Notes under the pieces: model-generated
The model's input: only the letters and a program-made list of their open reading frames with translations
Databases searched by the model: none
What the model was told of the DNA's origin: nothing
Shown here: piece by piece, positions 37,859 to 52,985 of the stretch
How the letters are laid out: each line of letters opens with the position of its first letter
How positions within the stretch are numbered: position 1 is the stretch's first letter
Made by a program: the position numbers and the translations under genes
Assembly (NCBI RefSeq): GCF_003704095.1
Contig: NW_020847747.1
Coordinates: 744,001 to 808,000 of the forward strand
DNA length: 64,000 nt
Source: Pocillopora damicornis
Taxonomy: Eukaryota
Direction of reading: 5' to 3'

Positions 37859-40800
37859 ATAAAACGTTAATTCACTGTAAAACATACTCGCAAACTACAT
37901 TCAAACTTGACTTGGCAAACTCTGACGAACGAAGATTGAGAAAAAAATTTCAAATTGAATAGTGGTAAGCTCAAGTGTGAATCTCCGCTTCCGATCGCTC
38001 CCGACATCGAACGAAGAAGGGACGAATTATCAAACTTGAAGGTCTGAATAAACTAGTGTACTTTCAAACCTCAGAAAATCGATGACCTCTAATCTCACCT
38101 TGAAGTCCGGTTGACGATTTGAAGATTTCCACGGCCACATTTTGAAGCACAGCGTTATCGACCCGGTTATGCTGTCAGATATATGCCTCTCTAATCGAGG
38201 ACAAGCGCGATTGTGTGACAAACAAGAGTTCAGGTTAATATTGGCTGATGTAGCTGTCTGTAAAGAATGTGATTTCTTTGTTCGTTATCCATGCGAGGGT
38301 AACAATTCATTGTACCTGGTTTCTAAATATTCCACATGAATTGACGGTATTGATTCAGTGATGGATTGGTGACCGCTATGTATAATAACGCTGTACACTA
38401 AGATCGCTGGCGTTAGTAAGTCTAAGGAAAAAGTCCAAGACTTATTAATTTTTTTCAAATATTTTATTTCTTTTGATCCTCAAATGTTTTCTTTATTTTT
38501 GTCACTGGGTATTTTTAAAAGATCTGCTGATTCTTGTATACCAAATTTTGATCCTTAAAATTTTAAAAAACCTTAACAATTTAGTCAATAAATACACGTT
38601 CTAATGTAAAGCATTGGGTCGTGTTAAGACTTCAGAATTGAAAATTTGACTGTGTCTGAGTAATGGCTGACTGCGACAAGCTACAATCGACAGTAACAAC
38701 AATACTAATAGGAAAGATTAGATATTCGCGACCAAAAGTCCGTTCTTACTCTCTCTAATCACATGATTATTGAAACTCGTCTGTTGAGTTTTTTCTATTT
38801 CGTCATTAAAAAAAAATTCCTTTCTCTGCTTTTACGTTCGCGTTAAATCATTGACCTACTTGTTATCTCCAATAAAAGCCCAATCTCATTATGAGAAAAA
38901 AAGCCAAAGAAGGTCCCCTTGCTGCAAAGTTTTTAAGAATTTATTTGCCGGGCAGTAAATTGCCTGTAGGTTTGACAAGCCTGTCCAACCATGCATTAGT
39001 GACCTAAACAAGTCTGTTTTAGTTCGAAAACAAAGTCAGTTTTATCATTTTTTATAAAACTACCTTAACAACGGCTAATACCTTTATAAAATCGGCTAAA
39101 AGAAACCCTTACCGAACACAAATTTCTTGATTAATGTGAATTGTCCCCCCAAGTAAGATGGATAGTTTGTTGATATTCTTGTTGGTTGACATATAACACA
39201 TTATTAAGTTTGACCTAAGGTCAGATAAACTCGTTCCACTTGTGGTATTTATATTAAGATAAGAAAAAAAAAGATTAAGATCTTGCTCTTCTAAAGCCAC
39301 TTACATTACCTATGCGAGCATGGCAAGTATACTAGTAATCTAACCATTCCTTCTTTCGATCTGTTTTTTAATCTTCCGCCAGATTCTTCAGGCCGGCATC
39401 GCTTTTGTCAGCATGAAGTGTTATAATCAGTCAATCATGCCGACAAAAAGATCATACCGCGTTCAAGCGAGGTAAGTTGATACAATTTGAAGCTTTATTG
39501 AGTTTTTGCCAGATTGTACAGAGAACAGAACTTTTCCCTATGAAACTGGAATTGAATGACACGTTTTTTCCCTCATGTTGTGTCACTGGCAAGCTGTTAA
39601 TTCTGGCAGACTTCAGTGAGCGCAACCGATTGACCCACACTATACATTTCCGAACAGACAGCTGTTTGCTTTTTTTTTCCTTCTTAATCTGATGTAGCCA
39701 CCATGACAAATACAAATGATCCACCCATTTACGTCAGTATACCTTTCCTGTCGCTTGAGAATCAGTCTGCCCGATGAACAGTCGCTTTTGGTTACGCACC
39801 TGTCGGCAATAAACAAACAGAACATATGTCAACAGACTGAAGGTGAACTAAACTTGACTAGCTCATTATCCAGATACGACAAGCTTGTATTGACGTGTTA
39901 GTCGATACGATGAAAACATGCGATGATTAATGACCTTAAAGTAAGCCTGTAAAGTAACTGACGCTAATACGTCGATCACTAGACGTCTGACCATAATTAG
40001 GGAATAAGCAGCTAGTGACGGTAATTTAGCAGATATTTTCCCGGCTTAGTATAAATGATGGGAGAAAATGAATATATTCTCCTTGTCTTTCGGCTGCAAA
40101 ACCACAGCGCACCTTAAGCCTTATAAGCATATTTTCTTGCGTTTAGTTATCTTATTTCATCGCGAGTTTTAGGTGTATGCAAACTTGCTCAAGTATGTCT
40201 TTTTTTTGTTTATTTTTTTGTTTTTTGTTTATTTTTTTTGTAAAGTTGCGCAAATAAGGATGCCCCTTTCACTGCGAGCCAAACAATCCCCCTCGTATGG
40301 ATGCCCGTCTGGTAACATTGACCAACGAGTATTTAAAAGGTCATTTTCTGGGTTGACAAACGAAAATCTGTAAATCCGTTCAAGTCATCGCTGAAGTGTC
40401 CAATCCGCGCGCATTTTAGGATAAATCGGTCGATCTGTCAACCTAATCTCCCCTCCCTCCCCAACACAACACATCCCTCAACACACCCCTTCGCCGCCTC
40501 TCCTTCTGACGTCGCGTCCGGTCATGATAAGTATCGTATGTACTTGAACTAGCAACTGGGCTGTGACAATTATTTTACATCTTAAATTATCTGCTTCGAG
40601 ATGTAAAAGATGAAAACGACGGCTGAATTTATAAGAAGGAAACTTTGTATTGCTCTGATAGACTGAAATTCGAGAATGTAACAAATGCTAAATTACTTCA
40701 TCAGCCAATTTCAAAAGTACTTCAGAATGATTGATCATGGTCGATGTTAAAATCAAGTGGGGTGTACCGTAATCAAGATTGCCGTAACATCACGTACGGA

Positions 40801-42713
40801 CGGAATTGAAACAGATGGAAATCACATTATGTTAACGTGCCAGATAGTTATGCAAACTAACGCTCAGATTTGTCGTGTTGGTACAATAAACCGATCAAAA
40901 CAAAGGATTTTCAGGTCACAGCAACATTCGTAGTTTCATACAGGTAATGTGATTCTTTGCACTGCAGGTCTCTTATGGGAAACTGAATAAAATGAGTCGA
41001 TTAAAAAGGGATTTGTCTGGCCAGGGAACAAAAAGATCACAGGAAATATGCATATACTTAATTACATCGATATATTTTTTCTGACCCACTAGGATAAATT
41101 ACGGTGGAGTATATTAACTAAACGTATTTCAAAACTTCGCTGTAAACGAATCACTCATAAGGATCGGAAAGTTGTCCTGGAGCATAAAATAAGAACTTTT
41201 TGAAGAGAGTCGTTCAGTGACCTTTCCTATTTCTTTAACACATCACTCATCACCCTGAAATTATTGTTCATAAAATCTTCATTGAATATATAATGTCAGC
41301 GACAAATTGAGTTGAGTTGACAAACGTTGAATTCGGCAACGAATATCCGTTCAGGTTTTCAGATCGCGCACGTTTTGTCAGTGAAAGGATCGCTTTCCCT
41401 ATATAAGGATAGTTACCAAGACTCTCACTTCAATTCTAGATTGACAAGGAAATACGGTGAAATGTCGTTTATATCCAAACGAGAGAGGGAAGTTAAAATA
41501 TCAGCTGTGTAAGTAGAATATTACTGCTGACGTTCTGCTGGTGTTCTTTTGCGTGGGACGTTTGATACTTCAAACCTTTATAGTATGCCTGTATCGTACG
41601 TAGTTAAAGAGTCTATTGCTACGTCGAATAATTCTATTAAATTCATGAAAAGGTGATAAAAAGACAGTTCAGACAAAACAAATATTATAAAGATAAAGTA
41701 AATCTGCCAGAAGGTTATTGCAGTACGCGGTTATGTATTCGATGTAAGCTAGCTGATGGAATATGCACAAATTCGCAGAGTAACTATACAACTTGGCTGG
41801 ACAACCTCTGTAGGGACTACCTACTCCAAACAAGAGTAAATCAAGCCCAACTGATTGCCTCCAGATATAATTTAAATTGCTCACCTCGACTAATGAATTA
41901 ATCATACAAACCAAAAATACATGATGTCATACGCAGCTTTCTGTCAAGATCATGAAATGCGTTTACTAATGATTGTCGAATTGTTGTTCATTTTCTTTAG
42001 ATTACTATGGCTTTTGCTCAGTGATATGTTCGGTGTGTTTCGCTTTTGAGTAAAAAAACAAAAGGACGATCGATTTAAAAAGCATTAAGGTAGACACAAC
42101 AATTTTTAAAAGTTTTCGCTGTTGATGCGCGTTTTATTCATGTCTTAAGAACACCACTGCGAGTGAGATAAAAAACGCAAATATTATTTTATCAATGCGG
42201 AGTAAAGAAATATTAAGAAAGCAATTTAAAACTTGCTCGAAGGTTCATTAACAATCAATCATTCAAAAGAAAGAAAAATAACTGGACATGCTAAAGCTGA
42301 AGTTTTTGCCACCGGAAAAGTACATTTGTTCAGCAACTGAACGTGACTAACAAATCCCTGGGGCGTATTTGGATCAAAGGGGGGATTTTAATGTTTACTC
42401 ACCACGTGTTTGCGGACTGATTTGGCGTTAAATGAGCAAGAGATGCCTTATTGCCCAGGGTAACTGCACAACCAAACTTTTGACATGATTCTTGGTTGTA
42501 GAAAGCCAGGCAAACTGCTAGATTGGTCGGTAGATACCAACCGATAGCTACACATTACCTCTGACCTGTATCTCGTGATACTGAATTTAACATTATTGCA
42601 TTAGAATTCAAGAACAGACGCAGCCTGACGGTATCGCTGATTATTCTGTCGACGAAACTGCTGCTGCGTCGAACAACTCCGGTTCGGCGTCACAACAGTC
42701 AATCGCGTCAAAG

Positions 42714-45700
42714 ATGTCTCGATCGCGCTCTCGTCTCTTTGACGCTGATAACCCGGGAGAAACAAGGCTTTATTTGAACGTTGGAGGGCAGAGACACGAA
42801 ACATTTGTGAGTACTTTGGCAAGCATACCTGACACGCGGCTGGCATGGATAGCTGAACGAGCTCTGAAGGATCCAAGACCGCTCGGACAAAAGCGAGAAT
42901 TTTTCTTCGACCGGAATCCCGCAGTTTTTACACATATTCTCAACTACTATCGCACAGGGAAACTACATTGTCCAAGGGATGTGTGTGGACCACTCTTTGA
43001 GGAAGAACTTAACTTCTGGGGTCTGGACGAAAAACAGATTGAAACTTGTTGTTGGGCAAAATATGATGAACATCGCGACGCTGAAGAGAAACTTCAAGGC
43101 TTCTCACGAGACGAAGATCAAGATTCAGACTTTGAAGACATCGACAGCGGGTCTGGTGACATCGAAATCCCTAGTAGTGGAAGTGAACTTTGTGCCTCGC
43201 ACGACTCAGCTCGGCGGGTCACAACAGCAGCTGCGCGCTGGAGGCATCCATGGCACACGATGAAGAAAAAAATATGGAAAACATTTGATGATCCTTACTC
43301 ATCGAAATTTGCAAGGGTACGTAAAACATCCTTCTTAATAGTTGGCGCCAGCATATTAGTCAACGTTTTTATACTTAATTTTTTTTTAGCTTAGGATACC
43401 TAAGACATAGACTTCTGGCGTTGTGAATAGTATTCAGTGTAGTCTAATTCTTCAGTCATTGCTCAGTTGCTGATCTGAGTTTGTTTTGTGACTTCGCCGC
43501 GTTTTATCAATTTATTTACTTGTGATTTACCCTCAGTCGAATCTTTTTAAATAAAAAGTAAAAAAGCTCTTCCCTTAGATACTTTCACACATTATGATGA
43601 TCATTTGCTTTCAACTTTGAAATTGTTTGCATTAGAAAATACAAAAGTTGCCACGTCGTGATAAAACGTATCGCTTTTATCGCCTGAAATATTTTGTATT
43701 CGCAGCATTAATGATGATTCAGGTCTCTTGAATGATAGTTTACATACAAATATATTTTTTTGCTCTCCATGTATCTGGTTTTAGCTCTCATAACATTGGT
43801 GGTTCGGGCTTTCTACCTTTTATATTCAATAAATTTGCGGAAGAAGAATGATCGGAAAAGCAAACATTTAAATAAAATAATTCGGGCTAAAAATTTTCAT
43901 CCGAGCCTAGGGTATGTGATTTTAATGTCGAAGCGATGGAGACTTACGACCGACAATCACTCGTTTGTGTTAGCAGCCTCGTATCATGAGTCGCAGAATC
44001 TTTGCTTACTGTCAGGGAATAAGACGTTCTTTCCTAATTTAGTCTTAACACTGTTTGTTCAGTCTTCTATTAAGCGACCTCTTCTAATGAATGAAAGTAC
44101 CTATATTCTCTTTGTGATTGGTTGAACTAAGACTTAACGTCGACTATTGAAAATGCCGCTTCCGATATTTTAGGTTGAAAATGAATTACTCCTTCCTCGA
44201 CTTGAAAGATATCAAAAAGCAACAAGATAAAAGCCATGATAACAAAGGAAAATTTCTTAGAGACCCGTGAGATAAGAACAGAAAGGAATACTGTAAACCA
44301 CTTTACGAGTATTTCAAATTCTGTCTATTGTTTACATCAAAGAATAAAGATGTACTAATCAATTCAAAATAAAAGATAATTTTGAGGCCTTATTTTTCGT
44401 GGGCCTTATATTCGCTTTTCCTTTCTTTACATACGGGCAGGTGAGCAAGTGTTTGAAAGACAAATGTCTCGTTCTGTTCCTAGAGAGAAAAATCTTTTGT
44501 TAATGTGTCAAATATTCTCAAGAGCTCTAGAAATCTGTCTTAAATTAGATAACTTATTTCTTTTAGTTTTGAAAGCTTTTCTTACCTTTCCAAACTTTGA
44601 TCATTAAATTACGATGAAAATCAGAGCTTTATTTAATAACTGGTCTTGAAAGAATATTCAGTGTTGCCGTGGCAAGTAACATTTAGTTCCTTTTTTTGAT
44701 ACTTCAACTTATTTTCAGTTAATGTATTCAACTACATGACGAAAACGAAGAATTAAAACATTACCATAAAAGGTTGATATCTACTTTCCAAAGTAATAGT
44801 CATAATGCGTTCTAATTATCCACATGTAGTTCAGAAAAAAAAAGTAATTGGTGATCAGGTGAATATTATGACGGTTACGGTTACTTATACTAAATTTTAT
44901 GGCTAAATGTTGTGACTCCTGAATAACTTATGTTGAAACGGGTATGGAGATTTCCAATGTATTTGATTCCACTAACCCTTGAACAGTTTGAGGCTACCTC
45001 AAAGTCCTCACGAAGGTCAGAGGCAAGCGCCTAAGGTTGACTTTGAAGAGACGATCGGATACAACTGGGTAGTTTTGCGGGAGTTCCTTCATTGTTATCA
45101 ATATTTTTATTTCTATACAAATTATTCGCTTCAATGTTTCTTTGGACAGAACTGGCAACATATTATGCTGTGCGTCAAGTCAGTTTTCCAAAATAAAGTA
45201 TCCATTTTGTCCCCTTTAAATGATTGCTGGCCGATTACTCACAGCTTCGTAACTATGCGTTTAGTAACCATGCAATTAGTAACCGTACATTTAATAACCA
45301 TGTAATTAGTAACCATGCATTTAATAACCATGCAATTGGTAACTATGCATTTAATAACCATTCATTTAGACTGCGCATAACAATGAACATGATATTATTT
45401 TGAATTTGGATACGGCAGCTTTTTCTCAGTGATACGTCTTTAGAAACATGCAACTTACAAGGTAACAGTATATTCAAACTTAGACAAGTGATCCAGTGAT
45501 CTTTGGATCAATTGAACACTGTAAGATCACAGTTGATCTACAAATATGCATAAACGAGCAAACAGAAAAAAACATATTTTTATACAGCTTTTTTTACATT
45601 TTGCTTAACAGGCCGTCGGCTTTATATCTCTCATTTTCAACGTAGCGGTCGTCACACAGTTTTGCATCTTGACTTTGGACTACTTCAGTAATGAGCACTC

Positions 45701-46676
45701 TCCACAGAATCAAGTTCTTTTCATCATTGAGTCTATAGCAGTTTCTTGGTTCACATTAGATATCGCCATTCGTCTACTATGCTGTCCTGATCGACGTCGT
45801 TTTCTAAAAACGCTTCAAAACTGGGCTGACTTCATTGCCATCATTCCATTCTACTTGGTTATCTTGACTCCATATGACGAAATACTCAGAAACTTCACAA
45901 TTTTTTACGTATTTCGAATGTTCCGCACCTTTCGACCATTAAAATTTTCTTATGTTATGCAAGTCTTTACACAAACACTCCGTGCCAGCTCACGTGAACT
46001 GTACTTCTTGATTTTCATCCTTGCGCTTGAGGTGGTGGTTTATGGCAGCCTCGCTTATTACTCCGAGCGAAAGACCCCTGAAACTAAATTTATCAATATC
46101 CCAGTCTCGTTCTGGTGGGCACTGGTTACCATGACAACGGTAGGATACGGTGACATGTTTCCAACGACCCTGCCGGGTAAGCTGGTGGGTTGCGTGTGTG
46201 CTATCAGTGGGGTTCTTATGATAGCACTACCAGTATCTGTCGTGGCCAGCAACTTCTCGTTGTATAATTCCTACGCCAAAGTTAAGCTCAAACTCCCTTC
46301 AAGGGGAAAGAAAAATATGGTGGATAATGCTCTGAAAGCGTTGCAACTTGCTACGCCGCAAACCAGTGTAAGTGTTGCCTCACCGGACGGCGCAAACGGT
46401 AATGGAAGAGGTCGATATTCATCGCTGGTAACCTCAGGAATTGAATTAGGATTATTGAATTCTACAAAGAAAAGTCCTTGTGAAGAAATGGACGTTTTAC
46501 CTAACTACGAATCTACCGACAACAGACGATACGGGAGACGCTCGGCGCATTTCTCGTTAAACTTGATTCCGATTAGAGCACATCCAGAGCTTCCTGAAGG
46601 CGACAGTGAATCAGAAGATAGCCCAAAGGGACTGGACTGTAATCGTTTAAAACCTGCAAATGATATAGTTACTTAA
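42714..46676 (+). CDS. Voltage-gated K+ channel, Shaw/Kv3 family, probable regulatory subunit (paralogue A), 555 aa, 2 coding exons
   Basis: Exons 42714-43316 and 45612-46676 (phase 0). T1 domain LNVGGQRHETF...TRL...FFDRNP...[26 protein letters not shown]...ETCCW carries the Shaw-type Zn motif; S1-S6 present; pore SFWWALVTMTTVGYGDMFP; S6 [16 protein letters not shown]. Confidence 0.93.
45248..45367. repeat. Minisatellite, 8 x 15 bp (consensus A[G/A]TAACCATGCA[T/A]TT)
   Basis: Eight contiguous units counted directly; intronic in Shaw paralogue A. Confidence 0.9.
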
Positions 46677-48904
46677 TCATTTCGTTCCCAAAATGTTCAA
46701 GATCAAGTTAATTTGTCATAACTAGCTTACGGTGACATAAACAGGAGATCCATGTGGTTATGTTTTCATTTAGCTTATACTCATCGCAACTGAATGTTAA
46801 ATTTGAAAATAAACGAGAAGGTAGAAATGACGTAGTTTCCTACAGCTCGTGAGCAGGTTATCGATGAGAATGATAAGTAAAACGTTCATTCGAAAAGTCT
46901 ATGATTTCGGTAAAAGAGAAATAATTGTTTGTATAGTAGCTCTTATTATGAGTGCTTTGGTACAACAGTCTCTTCGCACGCGACAAAGTTTGAGGCTTGA
47001 TCGACGCGTGCCCGCGAGGGGTCTGGCAATGATAATTAGTGCCAGACTTCCTGCCGGCTCATTGTGCGTAAGGCCTCGAACTTCCTCTAGGGCGGAAAGA
47101 CTCTCGGAGTGTTTGTAATTAAAGCCTTCTGGCAAGTTGTCCGTATAGAGGCATTGATAAAAACTTTCTTTCACATTGAGTCACGATAATCGAACCGCTG
47201 TTTACCATCAATGGAAGACGATCGCGGAATAGCTTGCTCCCCGGCGTCGGTTTGCAAAGAAAAAATGCTTGTCTCTGTCCTTTGCTATTTCGGTGCACAA
47301 AATGATAGTTTATTGTGTTTTACCTTTACGCTGACAACTGAAGATGTCGAGTGGGAACCATTTTAAGAAAGGTTATAATTTTTTAGGGATTATAGTCCCA
47401 TATTGTCAAGATATTTGATGCAACTGATAGAAGTTACTTGAAGTTAAGAGAAGCAGTACGTTCGCAATAACAGAAGTTAATTCCAAATTCAAAACCAACT
47501 TTAAAGGACTACATCTAAAGGAAAGACTTATCAAACGAAATAAGTTCAGACGTCGTGGTTTTGTCATTCGTAGCAACAGTTTCATGTAAACAATCTTAAG
47601 ACGTCCGTTGGTTACAAAAGAAACATCTGCTTCTAACGGCACCTGCCTGACGCACGCTTATATCTTCCTGTGTCAATTAGTCGGTTGATAATTCGTGTTG
47701 AGACTCTTGAGAGTTTTAGTAAAGTCACTTGTGAACAAAATACAAACGCAAGGAGAGAAAGCGGCTGATGAAGGAATAGTTTATTTCAAAAGGTGAATAT
47801 GCTCTCAAAATAAATAGTTTAGCGCGCTTCTCGGAAGGCAAACTTAATTACAAGCAGACGATCTTCATCGGCGTTAATCTATTGGTTCTAAAGATATTAT
47901 TTAACCAAAAACAATGCTATAATCGGGGGATTCTAAAGCTCTTTGAATGCACAATTATATTTTGATTATACATTTTCAGGCATTAAATTAATTTAATCGA
48001 GAACTTGTGATAAATATGTGGCAAAGCTCCAGATTACTTTCAATTCTAGAACTTTCTTCCTGTTTGCTTCAAAACAATGGAAACATTTTAAATGGAGAGA
48101 ACCTTATCTAATTGGGTGTTGTAAAGCCGCTAACCTGATGCAGATTACTTCTGCTGTTTAATGCCAACCAAGTGAGTCAGTTTACTTAATGTGGGTCCAT
48201 AACAGCCGACATAGCGCAAAGATGGCCCTTCGGATTTTTCATATTAGAGGAAATTCGATCCTCCTCGTTCAAAATTGTCATCTGTAAGAAGTGATTAATC
48301 TTATAATTTTGATAAGCTAATTCTTTGGCTTATTTGTTAGCGCTCAAGGATCACAGGGTTACATCCCCGTCACATGTTGGACATCAGTTATTTGTCAGCA
48401 ATCTACAGGTAAGTGACTTAACAATTCTGTCACAAATAATACTGAATTGTTCAGTATTACTGAGTTCTGGATAAGATAAGGAATCAACATCTCAACAAAG
48501 TTATAATTTTTCACCCTTCAATGGTTAGTCGTATCTCTTCAGCGATAACTCTAAGACAAACTGGTGTACGATTTGTGGCTTTTTGTACCTTCTTACGGTA
48601 CACTGACGTTAACGAGTACAACACAATGCCTCTTTACAACATCTCTTTGGCGATTGATGAATCTCTGAAGGAGATATATACTGACGTGCACTCAGAATAT
48701 TAACAATAAAAACATACATTGTATTTTGACCGCTGACTTGATCTGCAAGAATTATTTCTTAGCTTAGCACCCACAGTCAACATAAACATCACGATCCAAA
48801 AATGAGCAAATCAGTCCAATTCCTCATAAATCTTAACAGTGATAGAATGAGCTTTGTTTCGCTGATAAATGATTAGTTATTAGTATTTAAAAGTTCTACC
48901 CTAA

Positions 48905-49172
48905 ACGTGAGAGACCAGGCGACTCAGTGTGTGGCTCGTTGGGCTTCGAGCGGTTATTTTGTTCCCGTCCCCACCCAGGGGTGTAAACTGTCTAGGTGCA
49001 GACAAATGATGAGGGAAAATAAATGCGATCCTGGGGGTATCCCGCCGTGGCTTAGCAAACCATCTAAAGAGAGTGGCAACACCCTTAGTTAGTTCATGAC
49101 ACGGAAACCGGAATACCCTGCGGCGCCTTGAGTTGGCACTAGTAACGATTTCTCGTTAGACTTTTTTTTTTT
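48905..49172 (+). mobile_element. Degenerate SINE remnant
   Basis: CCACCCAGGGGTGTAAA...CTGGGGGTATCCCGCCGTGGCTTAGCAAACCATC...TTCATGACACGGAAACCGGAATA...GACTTTTT resembles the body and tail of the abundant anthozoan tRNA-derived SINE family (recognised from memory). Confidence 0.6.
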
Positions 49173-52100
49173 TAATCTTAAACGCGCTCCTTTATCATCA
49201 TCTTTCGGGAGCCAAATAATGATCCTTTGGTTGGTGCGCTTTGTTATTTTCTCCTTATATTTCAAAATTATTTTCACAAAGCAGTCAATAATGTCAACAA
49301 GAGGGGAGGCCAAAGTGCAAAATAGGTTGATTCGTTCAGAGGTGTTCGTTCAATTGGTTGAACCCTACTTAATGCTTCCATATACTGGCATGTCAAAAGC
49401 TGGGATATCAGTTTCGAAAATTTTACATCCGAGTAGAAGTAAGGAGACCTTGATATAGATTCAAATTCTTGTATAAAATAGCACAAATATCACAAAGGCA
49501 AACTAATAATCATCATTATTAAGTGGTCTCTCTCTCCTAAACAAACAATCTCTCGGCTGCTGCATGTTGCCTGTGTATAAACCTATGACAAAATACTAAA
49601 TTAAAAACAAATTGTTTATGATATATAGATTTAAAAAAGCAATTTTCAGCGTTCTTAAATCATATTGGAGTATTTGAGAAAATAGAATTTGAAGCCTTTG
49701 TCTTCTAATTTGTTTTGTGATGATATAAGAGAGCTGATTTCTAAAATTTAAACAAAAGGTTTATCGAATATTCTGTTGAGACAAAAAATTAGAATACTTC
49801 TGTTTACGGAAAACCCGGTGTCATATACGATTGAACTTCAAACAACTTGATTTTATAACTCGGAACAGAGTTAACGACTTTAGAAATCAACCACATTAAT
49901 ATGCGCAGAACTAAGCCCATTCTTATGGCTTTGTTGGATGTGTGTTTTGCTTTTGATTCTAGGAAGCATTATCGCCACCTAAGTAAAACTTCCTATTTTT
50001 AAACCAAAACAACATATAGAAATAAAATCACTTTTGCGACAAATTCAATGCTGTTTACGTTGTTTCCAACCGTAACTCTTGGCTATACCAAAATTAGCTG
50101 AAAGTATGGAAGAAAGTCTGCAGCGGGTGTCGCCCTGAAGTGATTTTCAAGATTTGAATTCTTTTTCGTGACTGACATTTATAGAACCTTGTTATTATGT
50201 CAGTGGACAAAGCCCTCCCATGCAATTCGTTATCTTTAGCTCCGAGGGGTGAAAAACAGCTTCAACTTGCTAATGAGATCCGCCGACTCACTCCAATAAA
50301 TCGTCCGACTAAAGAGCTTATGATTCTATGCTGTTAATAATACAGCTGTCACAGACGTGTATCGGGAAGACAACTTTCCAACAGATTGGATCGCAGCTCA
50401 ATGCGTCTTTCATCTCACTTCTGAGGATTTCTCGGATAAATGGGCAAGGTGTTTATCGGCGTCGAAGGAAACTTTTATCGTCATATCTGCCTTCAAAGAT
50501 TCGTATTCTCAATCGTCATATGTAAACTGGAACAGATAGGAGATGACTTGAATAGAACATGTTGAACACTACTTCAAAATGGAGTAGCTCCAAAATATTA
50601 CTCAGGTAAGATTATAATAGCGTCATTCAATATTTTATGACAGAATGTGATTCCAGCCATTGGCAAATTTGGAATGATTCTAGATGGCTCTAGATCACTT
50701 AAAGTTTGACAGCCTGATTGTCTCCGTTCTCCGCAAATTTCACCGTGGTTTTTAAAGATGCTCGAGGCAAATAAAAAAAATTGATTCACGCAACAGAATT
50801 TTGCTTAAGTGTACTTCTGTTACACTATTAATTTTGAGGAACTACTGTATGTTTATAACGTTGACTAATTTCTAAATTTTGCCAGAAAATGTTAATGAAT
50901 TGCACTGGAAAATGTTTTCTAAGTGAGGCTGTCTCTAAAAGTCGAATGAATTAGTTATAATGCACCTCTAACGTAACGGATCTTTGCTTAAAGTTGGCTA
51001 AAATAAAAAAAATGGAAATATAATGATTCGAAAGCGAAACGATAAAATTGAGAAGACAAATTTGAAAGGGAGAATGTGATTAATAAACCAGCTTGTGTCT
51101 ATCTGATATCAACTTTACAGGAAGTGTCAGCCAGCACTAAAATAAATCGAAAAAATCTTTTTGCGTATTCAATTTTTCCCTTTTTATTTCAAGTTCCACG
51201 ATCATGTGGCAGAGGGAGGATTAAATATCACACTTCTCAATGAGTCGACCTGAACTTATTAACGACCTGGTCCTTTTTTTTAAATACACCTTACGCGCAA
51301 ATGAGTTTTCTTAAAATTCAACTGCAGGGGGGAAAGGACTTCAAAGTCAAGCATTATTTTGGATGATTTTAGCGAAAAACATCCGCGAAGCTTTAACCAA
51401 TCAAAACGAAAGACTCAAAGATGTCTGATGTTTCTTCAACGAGAATAAATTATCACTTGTTTCAATATGTTTGCATCTTGTCAGGTCTTTCGTTAGTTTG
51501 GATGTAAAACGCGACCGACGGGAGTATTACACTTAATATACTTGTATTCTGATGCCTCGCTTATTTCAGTCGATTATAAAAATTTTTAAGCAATTCTGAT
51601 CTAGCCTGACGAGGAAATTGTGAAGATGGATAAAAAACGAACCAAAACTCTTTTCTCACGGCAATGAAATACTTCAAACAAAGACAGCGAACCAAGTGAG
51701 AACTGAGAACCTGGTCTTGCGGCGCAGCTGCGCTGATACATTGCGTATAATTCACTGTCTTGAGTGAAATGAGAAGGCGTTTGACTACCTTACAAATTTT
51801 ACATGGAACAAACACAAATTAAGTGATCTAGAAGAGTTTAACATGCGGCGCAAATATTTTATCAATGCTCAAAGCTAACGTAAAAATTACGATCAATAAT
51901 TCGTTACGATCACGTAACTGATTGTTTAGTTCACGATTTCTTATTCATAATTTATTCACATTTTTATATTGCCGATTTCAAGGTTTTCTCATCCAAGAAT
52001 TAAAACATTCATTTCGTGTTATTAACTTGATGCTGAGGTTCTTTTTGCAAGTAAAAATTTTCAGACTTATGACTTCGATTGGGTTTTACATTTTAATGCG

Positions 52101-52985
52101 TATTGTAGACTTTTCAGAAATTAAGAACAAGAATTAAGAATTACGCTCAATCTTCTAAATTGTGGTTACTTACTTTTGGCTCGAAAAATGGTTCTGTCGG
52201 AAGATTTCGAATATTTTTGGAGATGATTGACGGGGCGGAAAACTTAAGTCGGTAAGGATGTCACTCGATCGTGAACAAGATGAAGGCTTACGATACACGA
52301 GCAAACTACTTGCATATAGATTTAGATGATCATTAATTGCAGGATAAAAGTTTTTCTCACGTGAGGGCAAATATATGTTATTTTCAAATTATTAAATTTG
52401 TTAGATATAAACATATCGCTAGCAAATCACAGGATTAAGGCCAGGTTAGATATTTTGGACCAAAAGAGCGTTATAAAAAAACACGTTCGATGCGAATGCG
52501 CTAGAACTGACAGGTGAATGACAAAAGATATTGTCAAAGCAAAAGTTGTTTTGGGCGATATAATTGTGAAATATCGCCGTCATCTTAGAACGTCATAAGG
52601 TGAATTGTGATTGGTTAATGCTCTAAGTGCACCATTTAATCATTTCTGTGAAGACAGCTTGCAAAGAAATTAATAATAATGCAAACGGCTCAAGGGCCCT
52701 GGAAGGCATAAAGACAGTGTTCTATATCATTTGATGGCACTACTATATGCAGTTGGAAAGCTTTTTCGCTCAAATGCAACTCAACGAAACAATCGACATA
52801 ACTGAAAAATAACTAACTAAAAAGTGCCAGGCTAGTAACGGAAATCTAATTGGTAATGAGACGGTGTCAATGGTATCAAAGTGAACATAATAATCAAGTC
52901 TACAGTTTTACAGCAAAACGTTCCTCGTACTAATCATGAAGCACCTTGGGTTTTTTGTATTAGATATTCCAAGAACTGAATAACC

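Noticed and set aside
38000-42600. Short ORFs upstream of Shaw paralogue A
   Set aside because: No domain similarity or consistent exon chain; more likely promoter and 5'UTR exon/intron sequence.
45248-45367. Regular short repeats as a CRISPR-like array (also 54933-55034)
   Set aside because: No unique spacers, no cas genes, eukaryotic intron context.
46849-47340. GC-richer segment with ORFs on both strands between the Shaw genes
   Set aside because: No recognisable protein; may be 3'UTR or a regulatory element, but I cannot support a call.
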